DNA from: Candidatus Altimarinota bacterium
Lineage (GTDB): Bacteria; Patescibacteriota; Gracilibacteria; UBA1369
Assembly: GCA_041659405.1 (NCBI GenBank)
Contig: JBAZYK010000003.1
Location: forward strand, 30,001 to 62,000
Direction: 5' to 3'
DNA length: 32,000 nucleotides
The position numbers and the translations under genes are program-made. Below, piece after piece: positions 18,033 through 26,180 of this stretch. Each line of letters opens with the position of its first letter. The stretch's first letter is position 1. The notes below the pieces were generated by a model that saw nothing but the letters and a program-made list of their open reading frames with translations, was not told the DNA's origin and made no database searches.

Positions 18033-19319
18033 ATGATCGATCTAAAACTTCTCACCGAACAACCGGAAAAAACCAAAAAGGCCATTTATAAGAAGACTCA
18101 CTACAAAGGCGATCTGGATTCAATTATCAAAATGAATCAGGAACGTCTGACTTTGATGCGTGAAATTGAAACGCTTAAAGCCAGCCAAAATCGCATTTCC
18201 AAAGAAATCCCCAAAGCAACCACAGAAGCAAAAGAAAAGCTTTTAACGGAAAGCAAACAAACCAAAGAACAACTTAAAGAGCTTGAACCTAAGTTGGATG
18301 CCCTAAAAGCCAAGCTGGACAGCGAACTTATTATGGTCCCAAATCCAACTTTGGATTCCGTTCCGGAAGGCAAAGACGAAAGCGGCAATGTTGTTGTAAA
18401 AACCGTCGGCAAGAAGCCGGAGTTTGATTTTGAGCCGCTGGATCACATCACAATCGGCAAAAAACACGATTTAATTGATATGGAAACGGCTACATCCATG
18501 GCCGGAGCCCGCTTCTATTACCTGAAAAACGAAGCTGTTATGCTGGAATTCGCGCTGATCCAGTTCATCATGGAAAAACTGATGAAGAAAGGTTTTAAAC
18601 CTGTAATTCCTCCGGTTTTGGTAAAAGAGAAAGCGATGTATGCCACCGGTTTTTTCCCTGCAGATCGCAACGAAATCTATCAGGTTAATCCAAAAACCAC
18701 AGAAAACCCTGAAAATGACGACCTTTATCTGGTTGGAACTTCGGAAGTGCCACTTTGCATGCTTCACGCCGACCAAATCCTGCCTGCGGAAAAGTTGCCT
18801 TTAAGATATATGGGATTTTCCACCTGTTTCCGTCGCGAGGCCGGCAGTTACGGCAAAGATACCCACGGAATTATTCGTGTGCACCAGTTTGATAAGATCG
18901 AAATGTTTAGTTTCTGCGATCCTTCCAAATCCGAAGCAGAACATGAATTGATCCGCTCGATGGAAGAAGAAATCATGACCGATTTGGGCTTTCACTTTCA
19001 GGTTTTAAACATGTGTGGAGGCGATTTAGGCAATCCTGCAGCCAAAAAGTACGATATAGAAGTCTGGATTCCAACCCAGGGCAAATTCCGCGAATTAACC
19101 AGCTGTAGTAACTGCACCGATTATCAGGCAAGACGCGCCAACATTAGGTTGACAAATGGCAAGGAGAATGTTACATTACATACTCTTAACGGCACCGCCG
19201 TAGCCGTTGCAAGAACTTTGGTAGCCATTTTAGAGAACTATCAGCAAAAAGACGGAACCGTGGCAATTCCAAAAGTCCTAATACCTTACATGCACGGCAA
19301 AACCTTTATTGGTAAATAA
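18033..19319 (+). CDS. serS: serine--tRNA ligase
   Basis: MIDLKLLTEQPE, TSEVPLCMLHADQIL, FRREAGSYGKDTHGIIRVHQFDKIE, SSCTNCTDYQARRANIR, NGTAVAVARTLVAILENYQ. Confidence 0.98.
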   Translation: MIDLKLLTEQPEKTKKAIYKKTHYKGDLDSIIKMNQERLTLMREIETLKASQNRISKEIPKATTEAKEKLLTESKQTKEQLKELEPKLDALKAKLDSELIMVPNPTLDSVPEGKDESGNVVVKTVGKKPEFDFEPLDHITIGKKHDLIDMETATSMAGARFYYLKNEAVMLEFALIQFIMEKLMKKGFKPVIPPVLVKEKAMYATGFFPADRNEIYQVNPKTTENPENDDLYLVGTSEVPLCMLHADQILPAEKLPLRYMGFSTCFRREAGSYGKDTHGIIRVHQFDKIEMFSFCDPSKSEAEHELIRSMEEEIMTDLGFHFQVLNMCGGDLGNPAAKKYDIEVWIPTQGKFRELTSCSNCTDYQARRANIRLTNGKENVTLHTLNGTAVAVARTLVAILENYQQKDGTVAIPKVLIPYMHGKTFIGK

Positions 19320-19324
19320 CCTTT

Positions 19325-19684
19325 ATGTCCGAACTAAGCCCAGAACAAGAAGACATCGCCACACTGAATCACAGTGGTATAAGAACAAAAGAGCACACCC
19401 CAACAACCTCTACAGAAAAGATTCAAAATATTATTGCCGTTGCCCTGTTTGCAACAGGGGTTATAGGAACAGGTTATTTGATGAAAAAACAATATAGTGA
19501 AATATCGGATTTGGCAGATAAAGGATCATGCGCAGCCGTCAGGGAAAATTGCCAACGCAAACTACCCGACCAAATTTCAGCTAAACAGGCCCGGGAAAGA
19601 ATTACTGACTGTGTAGAAGAAACCAGTCCTCAATTAAACCGCATAAGAACAAGAAAAAACCTTCCACCAATGAATTGCCAATAA
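19325..19684 (+). CDS. hypothetical protein with one TM helix
   Basis: 119-aa ORF, hydrophobic IIAVALFATGVIGTGYLM, four Cys in the C-terminal part. Confidence 0.5.
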   Translation: MSELSPEQEDIATLNHSGIRTKEHTPTTSTEKIQNIIAVALFATGVIGTGYLMKKQYSEISDLADKGSCAAVRENCQRKLPDQISAKQARERITDCVEETSPQLNRIRTRKNLPPMNCQ

Positions 19685-19717
19685 ATTGCGATAACGAATA
19701 ATCTTTTCAGCCTAAAG

Positions 19718-19969
19718 ATGAACCTTCCAGAAGACAAGAAGATGCCCCCAGGCTTAAACATCCCAATCAAAAGCAACCCGCTTCCAATCCTGGATTGCAC
19801 CCGTTTAGGTTTACGTCCTCTCGAGATACCTGGAAACCACGATATGGCAATTTTTGTTGCCATAAGCGCTGCAGCCATTGCGGCAACGATGGCCTTTGTT
19901 GACCCGGCCCCCTCTTCGCCGGAAACACAACCAAACCCACCTTCTGCGGCCCATTCAGCCAAAAAGTAA
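19718..19969 (+). CDS. hypothetical protein, possible TM segment
   Basis: 83-aa ORF; a longer overlapping antisense ORF exists at 19630-20010, so strand is uncertain. Confidence 0.3.
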   Translation: MNLPEDKKMPPGLNIPIKSNPLPILDCTRLGLRPLEIPGNHDMAIFVAISAAAIAATMAFVDPAPSSPETQPNPPSAAHSAKK

Positions 19970-20071
19970 CCAAAATCCAGTCCCATAACACCAAACTTCC
20001 CCCCCATCAAGACCCTTGCAAAAAGAGTCCTTTTTATGGTAGAATAAGGCGAAAACTTAAATCAAAACCAA

Positions 20072-20869
20072 ATGCTTGTTCTTTCTACAGACACATTAAG
20101 AGGATACGGTCTTAACCGCATTTTTAACTTCATTAAGCTGGCTGACTACGCCGGAGTTGATTTGGCGATTGATCCAAAAAACTTCGATACCCAAAATACC
20201 GAGTATATTAAGTCCCTTTCGGAGCAGTACGATTTGCCAATTACCGCAATTCAAACTCCTCCAAACGCCAACGCGCACAAAATTCAGGAAGCGGTAAAAA
20301 TGGCCAAAGAACTGGACTGCAAAATTATTGTAATTCAACCACCACGCATTTTTGATTTCAAATACATCACATGGCTCAAAAACGAAATTCCCAAGATTCG
20401 TCAAAAGGAAAATATTTCGATTGCGCTGGAAAACGCCTCTTCGGAAACTTTCCTTGGGATTATTCCCGAACACGCCATGGGCAACATTATTGAAATGAAA
20501 AAATTCAAGCACGCCTGTATTGATACAACCCGTGTCGCTCAAAAAAAAGATGACCTGATCCGTGTTTATAAAGCTCTAAAAAAATTCCTGGTTCACGTTC
20601 ATTTATCAAATGTAAAAACCGGAAAACAATATTACCTTCCTCAAGAAGGAATCTTGCCTTTGGAAAGCTTTTTGACCAAGTTGAAGCAGGAAAATTACGC
20701 AGGCAATGTTTCGCTCAAGGTAAATCCAAAATTTTTAGCCTGCGGTGAAGACGAAAAAATTCTAAAGTCATTAAAAGAAGTTAAACTTTTCTACGATACC
20801 TATTTCACCAACGTCAAAGTTATGCCAACAAGCATAACCGACGAGGAGGATACAAAAGAGGCAAAATAG
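20072..20869 (+). CDS. sugar phosphate isomerase/epimerase-like TIM barrel (AP endonuclease family 2)
   Basis: KLADYAGVDLAI, ISIALENASSETFLGIIPE, LVHVHLSNVK. Confidence 0.75.
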   Translation: MLVLSTDTLRGYGLNRIFNFIKLADYAGVDLAIDPKNFDTQNTEYIKSLSEQYDLPITAIQTPPNANAHKIQEAVKMAKELDCKIIVIQPPRIFDFKYITWLKNEIPKIRQKENISIALENASSETFLGIIPEHAMGNIIEMKKFKHACIDTTRVAQKKDDLIRVYKALKKFLVHVHLSNVKTGKQYYLPQEGILPLESFLTKLKQENYAGNVSLKVNPKFLACGEDEKILKSLKEVKLFYDTYFTNVKVMPTSITDEEDTKEAK

Positions 20870-20871
20870 AT

Positions 20872-20899
20872 TTGACACAGCGTTTTTTTCAGATAGAAT
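20872..20899 (+). promoter_or_regulatory. predicted promoter of rpoB (TTGACA-N16-TAGAAT)
   Basis: Perfect -35, 5/6 -10, 16-nt spacer, about 140 nt upstream of the rpoB start. Confidence 0.65.
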
Positions 20900-21036
20900 G
20901 TCTTAGCTATCAGATTTTTGCTCTGTTTTTAGAGCGAGCTTGTGTTGTGGAAGATAGTAAAAGTCACCGGTAAGGACCGGAAAGCCTTTATATAAGGCAA
21001 AAACGACTTACGCTAACTTCTTCACTTTTTTCAAAT

Positions 21037-24000
21037 ATGGCTCCAAAAAAAGTCAAAGCTAAAAAAGGCGCTCCTGCAAAGAAGGCCAAATTTACCAAAC
21101 CTGCCAAAAAGGTAAAGGTTAATTCAGCCAAGCCAAAAAAAGGAGCTAAGCCTTTTAAGAAACTTGTTGCATCTATTAAAAAATCTTTAACTAAACCCGT
21201 AATGAAATCTAAGCCAAAGGCGTCGGCTAAACCTGCCAAGGCAAAGGTCAAAAAGACCCCAGCTAAAGCAGCGTCCAAGCCAACAAAAAAAGTAGTCGTA
21301 GCTAAAAAAGCAGTTCCGGTTGCTAAAAAACCGGTAGTAAAAGCTCCGGTCAAGGCAATCAAACCGGTTAAAAAAGAGACACCAGCTCCTACAAAAGCTG
21401 TAAAAGCAACCCCTAAGGCACCTGAAAAAGCCCCTGTAGAAGCCGCAAAAGCTCCCGCAGAAGCTCCAAAAAGAAACGCCTTCACCTCCGGATATAAAGC
21501 CGGCGGATTAAAATTTGCGAACAGAAACCACACAAAAGCTTCCAATGCTCCAAAAACACCAAAAGAAGAAGAGCGTTATCAGGCTCAACAAGTAGTGGTA
21601 AGAGCATCACAGGAAAAAGTTGGAAAAGCTGTAGCAAAAATGAAGGCAAGCTATTCCATGTCCGAAGAAATTTCCAAGATCCTTCCAAAGGAAAACATCA
21701 TCATGAAGGAAGCTAGCAATCGTAAATATTACGCTCCCCGCCTGGATCAAAACGTAGTTCTTCCAAATTTGATTGAAATTCAGATCGATTCTTATCGCTG
21801 GTTTTTGGAAGATGGTATCCGTGAACTTTTGGACGAAATCACTCCTATTACAGACTTTTCCGGCAAGAAACTTGAACTTCACTTTTTAGAGCATTCCATA
21901 GGTGAACCAAAATACGATGCGGAAACCTGCAAATCCAAGAACATGACCTACGAAGCTCCATTAAAAGTTCACGTTCAACTTATCAATAAAGAATCCGGTG
22001 AAATTAAAGAACAGGACGTTTTCTTGGGCGGAATCCCACTTATGACCAACAAAGGTACATTTATTATCAATGGTATTGAACGTGTTGTGGTTTCTCAGCT
22101 CGTTCGTTCCCCTGGTGTATTTTTCTCTAAAAATGCGCTTTCCATTGAATATAATAACGCCAAAATTATTCCAAAACGTGGTGCCTGGTTGGAAATTGAA
22201 ACCGACAAAAAGGGCATCATCACGGTTAAAATTGACCGTAAACGCAAAATTCACATCACTTCCCTACTCCGTGTATTTGGATACAAAACCGATACTGAAA
22301 TTCTTGAACTTTTCAAAGACGTTTTAAAGCCTGAAAAAAACTTCATTCTTAGCACTTTGGAAAAAGACAGTGCCAAGACCGAAGATGAGGCTTACCAAAG
22401 CATTTATCGCAAGATTCGTCCCGGTGACCTTGCCACTCCGGAAAATGCAAAATCATTGATCCAATCAATGTTTTTTGACTATCGTAAATATGATATGGGT
22501 CCGGTTGCCCGTTACAAGTTGAACAAGCGTTTTCAAATTGATGTCCCAAACAATAAAAACTATCACACTTTCCAGGTTAAAGATCTTGTTGAAATCCTTA
22601 GATACCTCATTCGTCTAAACAACGCCGAGCTTCAACCGGATGATATTGATCATCTTAGTAATCGCCGTATTCGTGCCGTTGGTGAACTTGTTCAAAACAA
22701 ATTCCGCGTTGGTTTACTCCGCACCGATCGTATCGCTAAAGATCGCATGACAGTGATGGATCTTGAAACGGTAACTCCTACACAACTTATCAACTCCCGT
22801 CCAATTACAGCAGCCCTCCGTGAATTCTATGCAAGTTCTCAACTTTCACAGTTCATGGATCAAACCAATCCATTGGCAGAATTGGCTCACAAACGTCGTC
22901 TTTCCGCCATGGGTCCGGGTGGTCTTTCCCGTGAACGTGCTTCGTTTGATGTACGTGACGTGCATCCTTCCCATTATGGCCGTATTTGTCCAATCGCCAC
23001 ACCTGAAGGTCCAAACATTGGTCTAGTAGTGCATTTGGCAACTTATGCCCGCGTAAATAAATATGGTTTCATTGAAACTCCATTCCGTGAAGTTTCTCAT
23101 ATCTGTGTAAACAAAGCCAAGGAATTGACCGGCCGCACAATCACTGAAAATGTTATCAATCCAAAAAACAAGAAGGTTGTGGCTAAAGCCGGAACCAAAA
23201 TCGACGAAAAACTCGCCAAAGAAATTGAAAAGCTTGATCTGGAAAAAATTGCAGTTAGACCTCACATCACCAGCAGCGTTCGTTATTACGATGCCGATGA
23301 AGAAAAAGGCTTAACAATTGCTCAAGCCAACACCCCACTGGGCGAAAAAGGTGAAATCATTGCTTCACAGGCTTCCGCCCGTATCAATAGCGAACCAACC
23401 CTCGCCCATACGGAAGATATTACTCATATTGATATCTCTCCAAAACAGATTATTTCAGAAACTACAGCCCTAATTCCGTTCTTGGAACATGATGATAATA
23501 CCCGTGCTTCCATGGGTTCAAACATGCAACGTCAGGCAGTATCTTTGATTTGCCCAACCGCTCCGGTAGTTGGAACAGGTATGGAAGAAATCGTGGCAAA
23601 AAGCTCCGGACAAGTAACTTTGGCCGAAGATAACGGTATCGTTTCCTATGTTGATGCCGACATGGTTACGGTTATCTATGACAATGGTAAAAAAGCGACT
23701 TACAAATTACAAACTTATGAACGCAGCAATCAGGGAACATGTATCCACCAACGTGCCCGTGTAACCAAAGCTCAACGCATAACCCGTGGTGATGTACTTG
23801 CGGATGGCGCGGCAACCGAAAATGGTGAACTTGCGCTTGGTCGCAACCTGCTCGTAGCTTACGTCGCATGGCAGGGTTACAACTTTGAAGATGCTGTAAT
23901 TATTTCCGATCGTGTTGTGAAGAATGGCTATTTTGATTCCGTACATATCGAAACATTCACAATGGATGTACGCGATACAAAACTTGGGCCTGAAATTATC

Positions 24001-25368
24001 ACCCGTGATATTCCAAACGTTGGTGAAGCAAGACTTAAAGATCTCGATGACGAAGGTATCGTTCGCATTGGTGCAACCGTACATGAAGGCGACATTCTTG
24101 TTGGTAAAATTACTCCAAAAGGTGAAACCGAGCTTACCGCGGAAGAAAGACTTTTACGCGCTATCTTCGGCGACAAAGCCCGTGATGTTAAAGATACTTC
24201 CTTACGTCTTCCGGGTGGAGAAGGTGGAAAAATCGTTGGAATCCAGGTTTTCTCACGCAAAAATAATGATGAACTTTCAAACGGTGTTAACCAACAAATT
24301 AGAGTTAGTGTAGCTCAAACCCGTAAGATTTCCATTGGTGATAAAGTTGCCGGACGCCATGGTAACAAAGGTGTCATCTCTATAATCGTTCCTGCAGAAG
24401 ACATGCCATTTTTACCGGATGGAACCAGCGTTGATATCGTTTTGAATCCACTTGGTGTATCCAGTCGTATGAACATTGGTCAGATTTTGGAGACACACGC
24501 AGGTTGGGCCGCTCAAAAAATGGGCATCAAGGTTGCTACTCCGGCTTTGAATGGTATTACCACCGATCAAATTACCGGAATGTTGAAAGAAGCTAAATTA
24601 CCTGAAGATGGTAAACTTCAACTTTATGATGGTCTAAGCGGTGAACCGTTTGATCACAAATCAACAGTGGGTATTACCTACATCATGAAACTGAGCCATT
24701 TGATTGAAGATAAGATCCATGCTCGTTCCGTAGGGCCATACTCTCTTGTTACTCAACAGCCACTTGGAGGTAAAGCACAACATGGAGGTCAGCGTTTTGG
24801 TGAAATGGAAGTTTGGGCACTTGAAGCCTATGGTGCAGCCCACACTTTGCAGGAAATGCTTACAATTAAATCTGATGATGTTTACGGCCGTGCAAAAGCC
24901 TACGAGGCAATTGTAAAAGGCGAACCAATCAGAAAACCACGTACTCCGGAATCCTTCAACGTATTGGTTAAAGAACTTCAAAGTTTGGGTTTGAGCGTTA
25001 AATTACAACAAACCGAACAAGCTCGTTTACTTGCCGAGGAAGACATCTACACAGCCGAGGAAAGCGAAAAAGAAGGAACAACAGTGATTAACGAAAACGA
25101 TGTTAATCGTCCACCGGTTGATCCTGAAGTTGAAAAATTGTTGGATAGTAAAGTAGAGGTAAAGGCCGCCGCAAAAGAACTGGACCAAGTTGGTGACCTG
25201 GAAGATGAAGCAAAAAAAGAACATCACGAAGAAGAAGATCCTGAAATCGATTTGGAAGATGCGGACCTTCATGAACCCGGTGACCTGGAAACACTAGCCA
25301 TAGAACCAACCGACGAAGACCTGGCCGCAGTTGAAGAAATAGTAAAAGAAATCAAAGAAGAAGAGTAA
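21037..25368 (+). CDS. rpoB: DNA-directed RNA polymerase subunit beta with about 228-aa Lys/Ala/Pro-rich N-terminal extension
   Basis: Full beta sequence incl. SQFMDQTNPLAELAHKRRLSAMGPGGLSRERA, GQNFEDA-type YNFEDAVIIS, KGVISIIVPAEDMPF, GGKAQHGGQRFGEMEVWALEAYGAA. Confidence 0.97.
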   Translation: MAPKKVKAKKGAPAKKAKFTKPAKKVKVNSAKPKKGAKPFKKLVASIKKSLTKPVMKSKPKASAKPAKAKVKKTPAKAASKPTKKVVVAKKAVPVAKKPVVKAPVKAIKPVKKETPAPTKAVKATPKAPEKAPVEAAKAPAEAPKRNAFTSGYKAGGLKFANRNHTKASNAPKTPKEEERYQAQQVVVRASQEKVGKAVAKMKASYSMSEEISKILPKENIIMKEASNRKYYAPRLDQNVVLPNLIEIQIDSYRWFLEDGIRELLDEITPITDFSGKKLELHFLEHSIGEPKYDAETCKSKNMTYEAPLKVHVQLINKESGEIKEQDVFLGGIPLMTNKGTFIINGIERVVVSQLVRSPGVFFSKNALSIEYNNAKIIPKRGAWLEIETDKKGIITVKIDRKRKIHITSLLRVFGYKTDTEILELFKDVLKPEKNFILSTLEKDSAKTEDEAYQSIYRKIRPGDLATPENAKSLIQSMFFDYRKYDMGPVARYKLNKRFQIDVPNNKNYHTFQVKDLVEILRYLIRLNNAELQPDDIDHLSNRRIRAVGELVQNKFRVGLLRTDRIAKDRMTVMDLETVTPTQLINSRPITAALREFYASSQLSQFMDQTNPLAELAHKRRLSAMGPGGLSRERASFDVRDVHPSHYGRICPIATPEGPNIGLVVHLATYARVNKYGFIETPFREVSHICVNKAKELTGRTITENVINPKNKKVVAKAGTKIDEKLAKEIEKLDLEKIAVRPHITSSVRYYDADEEKGLTIAQANTPLGEKGEIIASQASARINSEPTLAHTEDITHIDISPKQIISETTALIPFLEHDDNTRASMGSNMQRQAVSLICPTAPVVGTGMEEIVAKSSGQVTLAEDNGIVSYVDADMVTVIYDNGKKATYKLQTYERSNQGTCIHQRARVTKAQRITRGDVLADGAATENGELALGRNLLVAYVAWQGYNFEDAVIISDRVVKNGYFDSVHIETFTMDVRDTKLGPEIITRDIPNVGEARLKDLDDEGIVRIGATVHEGDILVGKITPKGETELTAEERLLRAIFGDKARDVKDTSLRLPGGEGGKIVGIQVFSRKNNDELSNGVNQQIRVSVAQTRKISIGDKVAGRHGNKGVISIIVPAEDMPFLPDGTSVDIVLNPLGVSSRMNIGQILETHAGWAAQKMGIKVATPALNGITTDQITGMLKEAKLPEDGKLQLYDGLSGEPFDHKSTVGITYIMKLSHLIEDKIHARSVGPYSLVTQQPLGGKAQHGGQRFGEMEVWALEAYGAAHTLQEMLTIKSDDVYGRAKAYEAIVKGEPIRKPRTPESFNVLVKELQSLGLSVKLQQTEQARLLAEEDIYTAEESEKEGTTVINENDVNRPPVDPEVEKLLDSKVEVKAAAKELDQVGDLEDEAKKEHHEEEDPEIDLEDADLHEPGDLETLAIEPTDEDLAAVEEIVKEIKEEE

Positions 25369-25383
25369 AAAAAATCATAAAAA

Positions 25384-25467
25384 GGATGTGTTTAGATTTC
25401 CGGATATGATCTGAACACATCCGGGGTAGGGGCCCTGTGTGTGAAGAGTATATCCGGAAATCTAAAC
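25384..25467 (+). repeat. perfect 18-bp inverted repeat with overlapping 9-bp alternative hairpin
   Basis: GTTTAGATTTCCGGATAT (25390-25407) vs ATATCCGGAAATCTAAAC (25450-25467); GGATGTGTT (25384-25392) vs AACACATCC (25414-25422). Confidence 0.95.
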
Positions 25468-25481
25468 AATAATCCCACCTC

Positions 25482-26129
25482 ATGCGAAGCGTTAACAAAG
25501 TTATTTTAATCGGAAATCTTACTCGAGACCCTGAAATGCGCCAGACACCAAATGGCCAAAATGTTACTACTTTTGGAATTGCCACAAACCGTGAATGGGT
25601 CACCCATGATGGCAAAAAACATTCTTTAGCTGAATTTCATGATCTTGTAGCCTGGGCACGCCTTGCCGAGATCTGCAGCACGCACCTTAAAAAAGGCAAA
25701 CTAATCTACATCGAAGGATATTTAAAAACACGCAGTTGGGACACGCCGGAAGGTGTCAGAAAATTCAAAACCGAAATCGTAGTTCAGGACATGATCATGC
25801 TGGACAAACGTCCACAAGGTGAAGCGATTGTTGATGACTACATTCCGGAAGATGAAAATCACACAACCATGGCTACTCCGGACATTAACGAAGAGCTTGA
25901 TCTGGGAACAAGAATCCAGAAAAAACCGGCGCCGGCGCAAACTTACGAAAGACGCCCGGAAAGACCGGCAGTAAGCCAACATCACCAGGCGGTAAAAGCT
26001 GAAACAGTTGGAGTTTCATCATCTGAATCCACTTTCAAATCCGCTGAACCTTCCCTCAAAGAAGCAGCAGGTGAATCCTCCGCTCCGGGCAGTCACAGCA
26101 TAAATATTGATGACGACCTTGGACTCTAA
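25482..26129 (+). CDS. ssb: single-stranded DNA-binding protein
   Basis: NKVILIGNLTRDPEMRQTPNGQNVTTFGIATNREW, C-terminal acidic DDDLGL tail. Confidence 0.92.
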   Translation: MRSVNKVILIGNLTRDPEMRQTPNGQNVTTFGIATNREWVTHDGKKHSLAEFHDLVAWARLAEICSTHLKKGKLIYIEGYLKTRSWDTPEGVRKFKTEIVVQDMIMLDKRPQGEAIVDDYIPEDENHTTMATPDINEELDLGTRIQKKPAPAQTYERRPERPAVSQHHQAVKAETVGVSSSESTFKSAEPSLKEAAGESSAPGSHSINIDDDLGL

Positions 26130-26180
26130 ATTTTAAACCACAATCCCTAATTATTAATTACTAATTCTTAATTACACAAA

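Noticed and set aside
19630-20010. 126-aa minus-strand ORF overlapping the 83-aa plus-strand ORF
   Set aside because: Basic, low-complexity hydrophobic content and opposite to the local gene direction; kept only as an ambiguity note for 19718-19969.
20988-21545. 185-aa minus-strand ORF antisense to the rpoB N-terminus
   Set aside because: It is the reverse frame of the repetitive Lys/Ala/Pro tract; composition artefact with no independent support.
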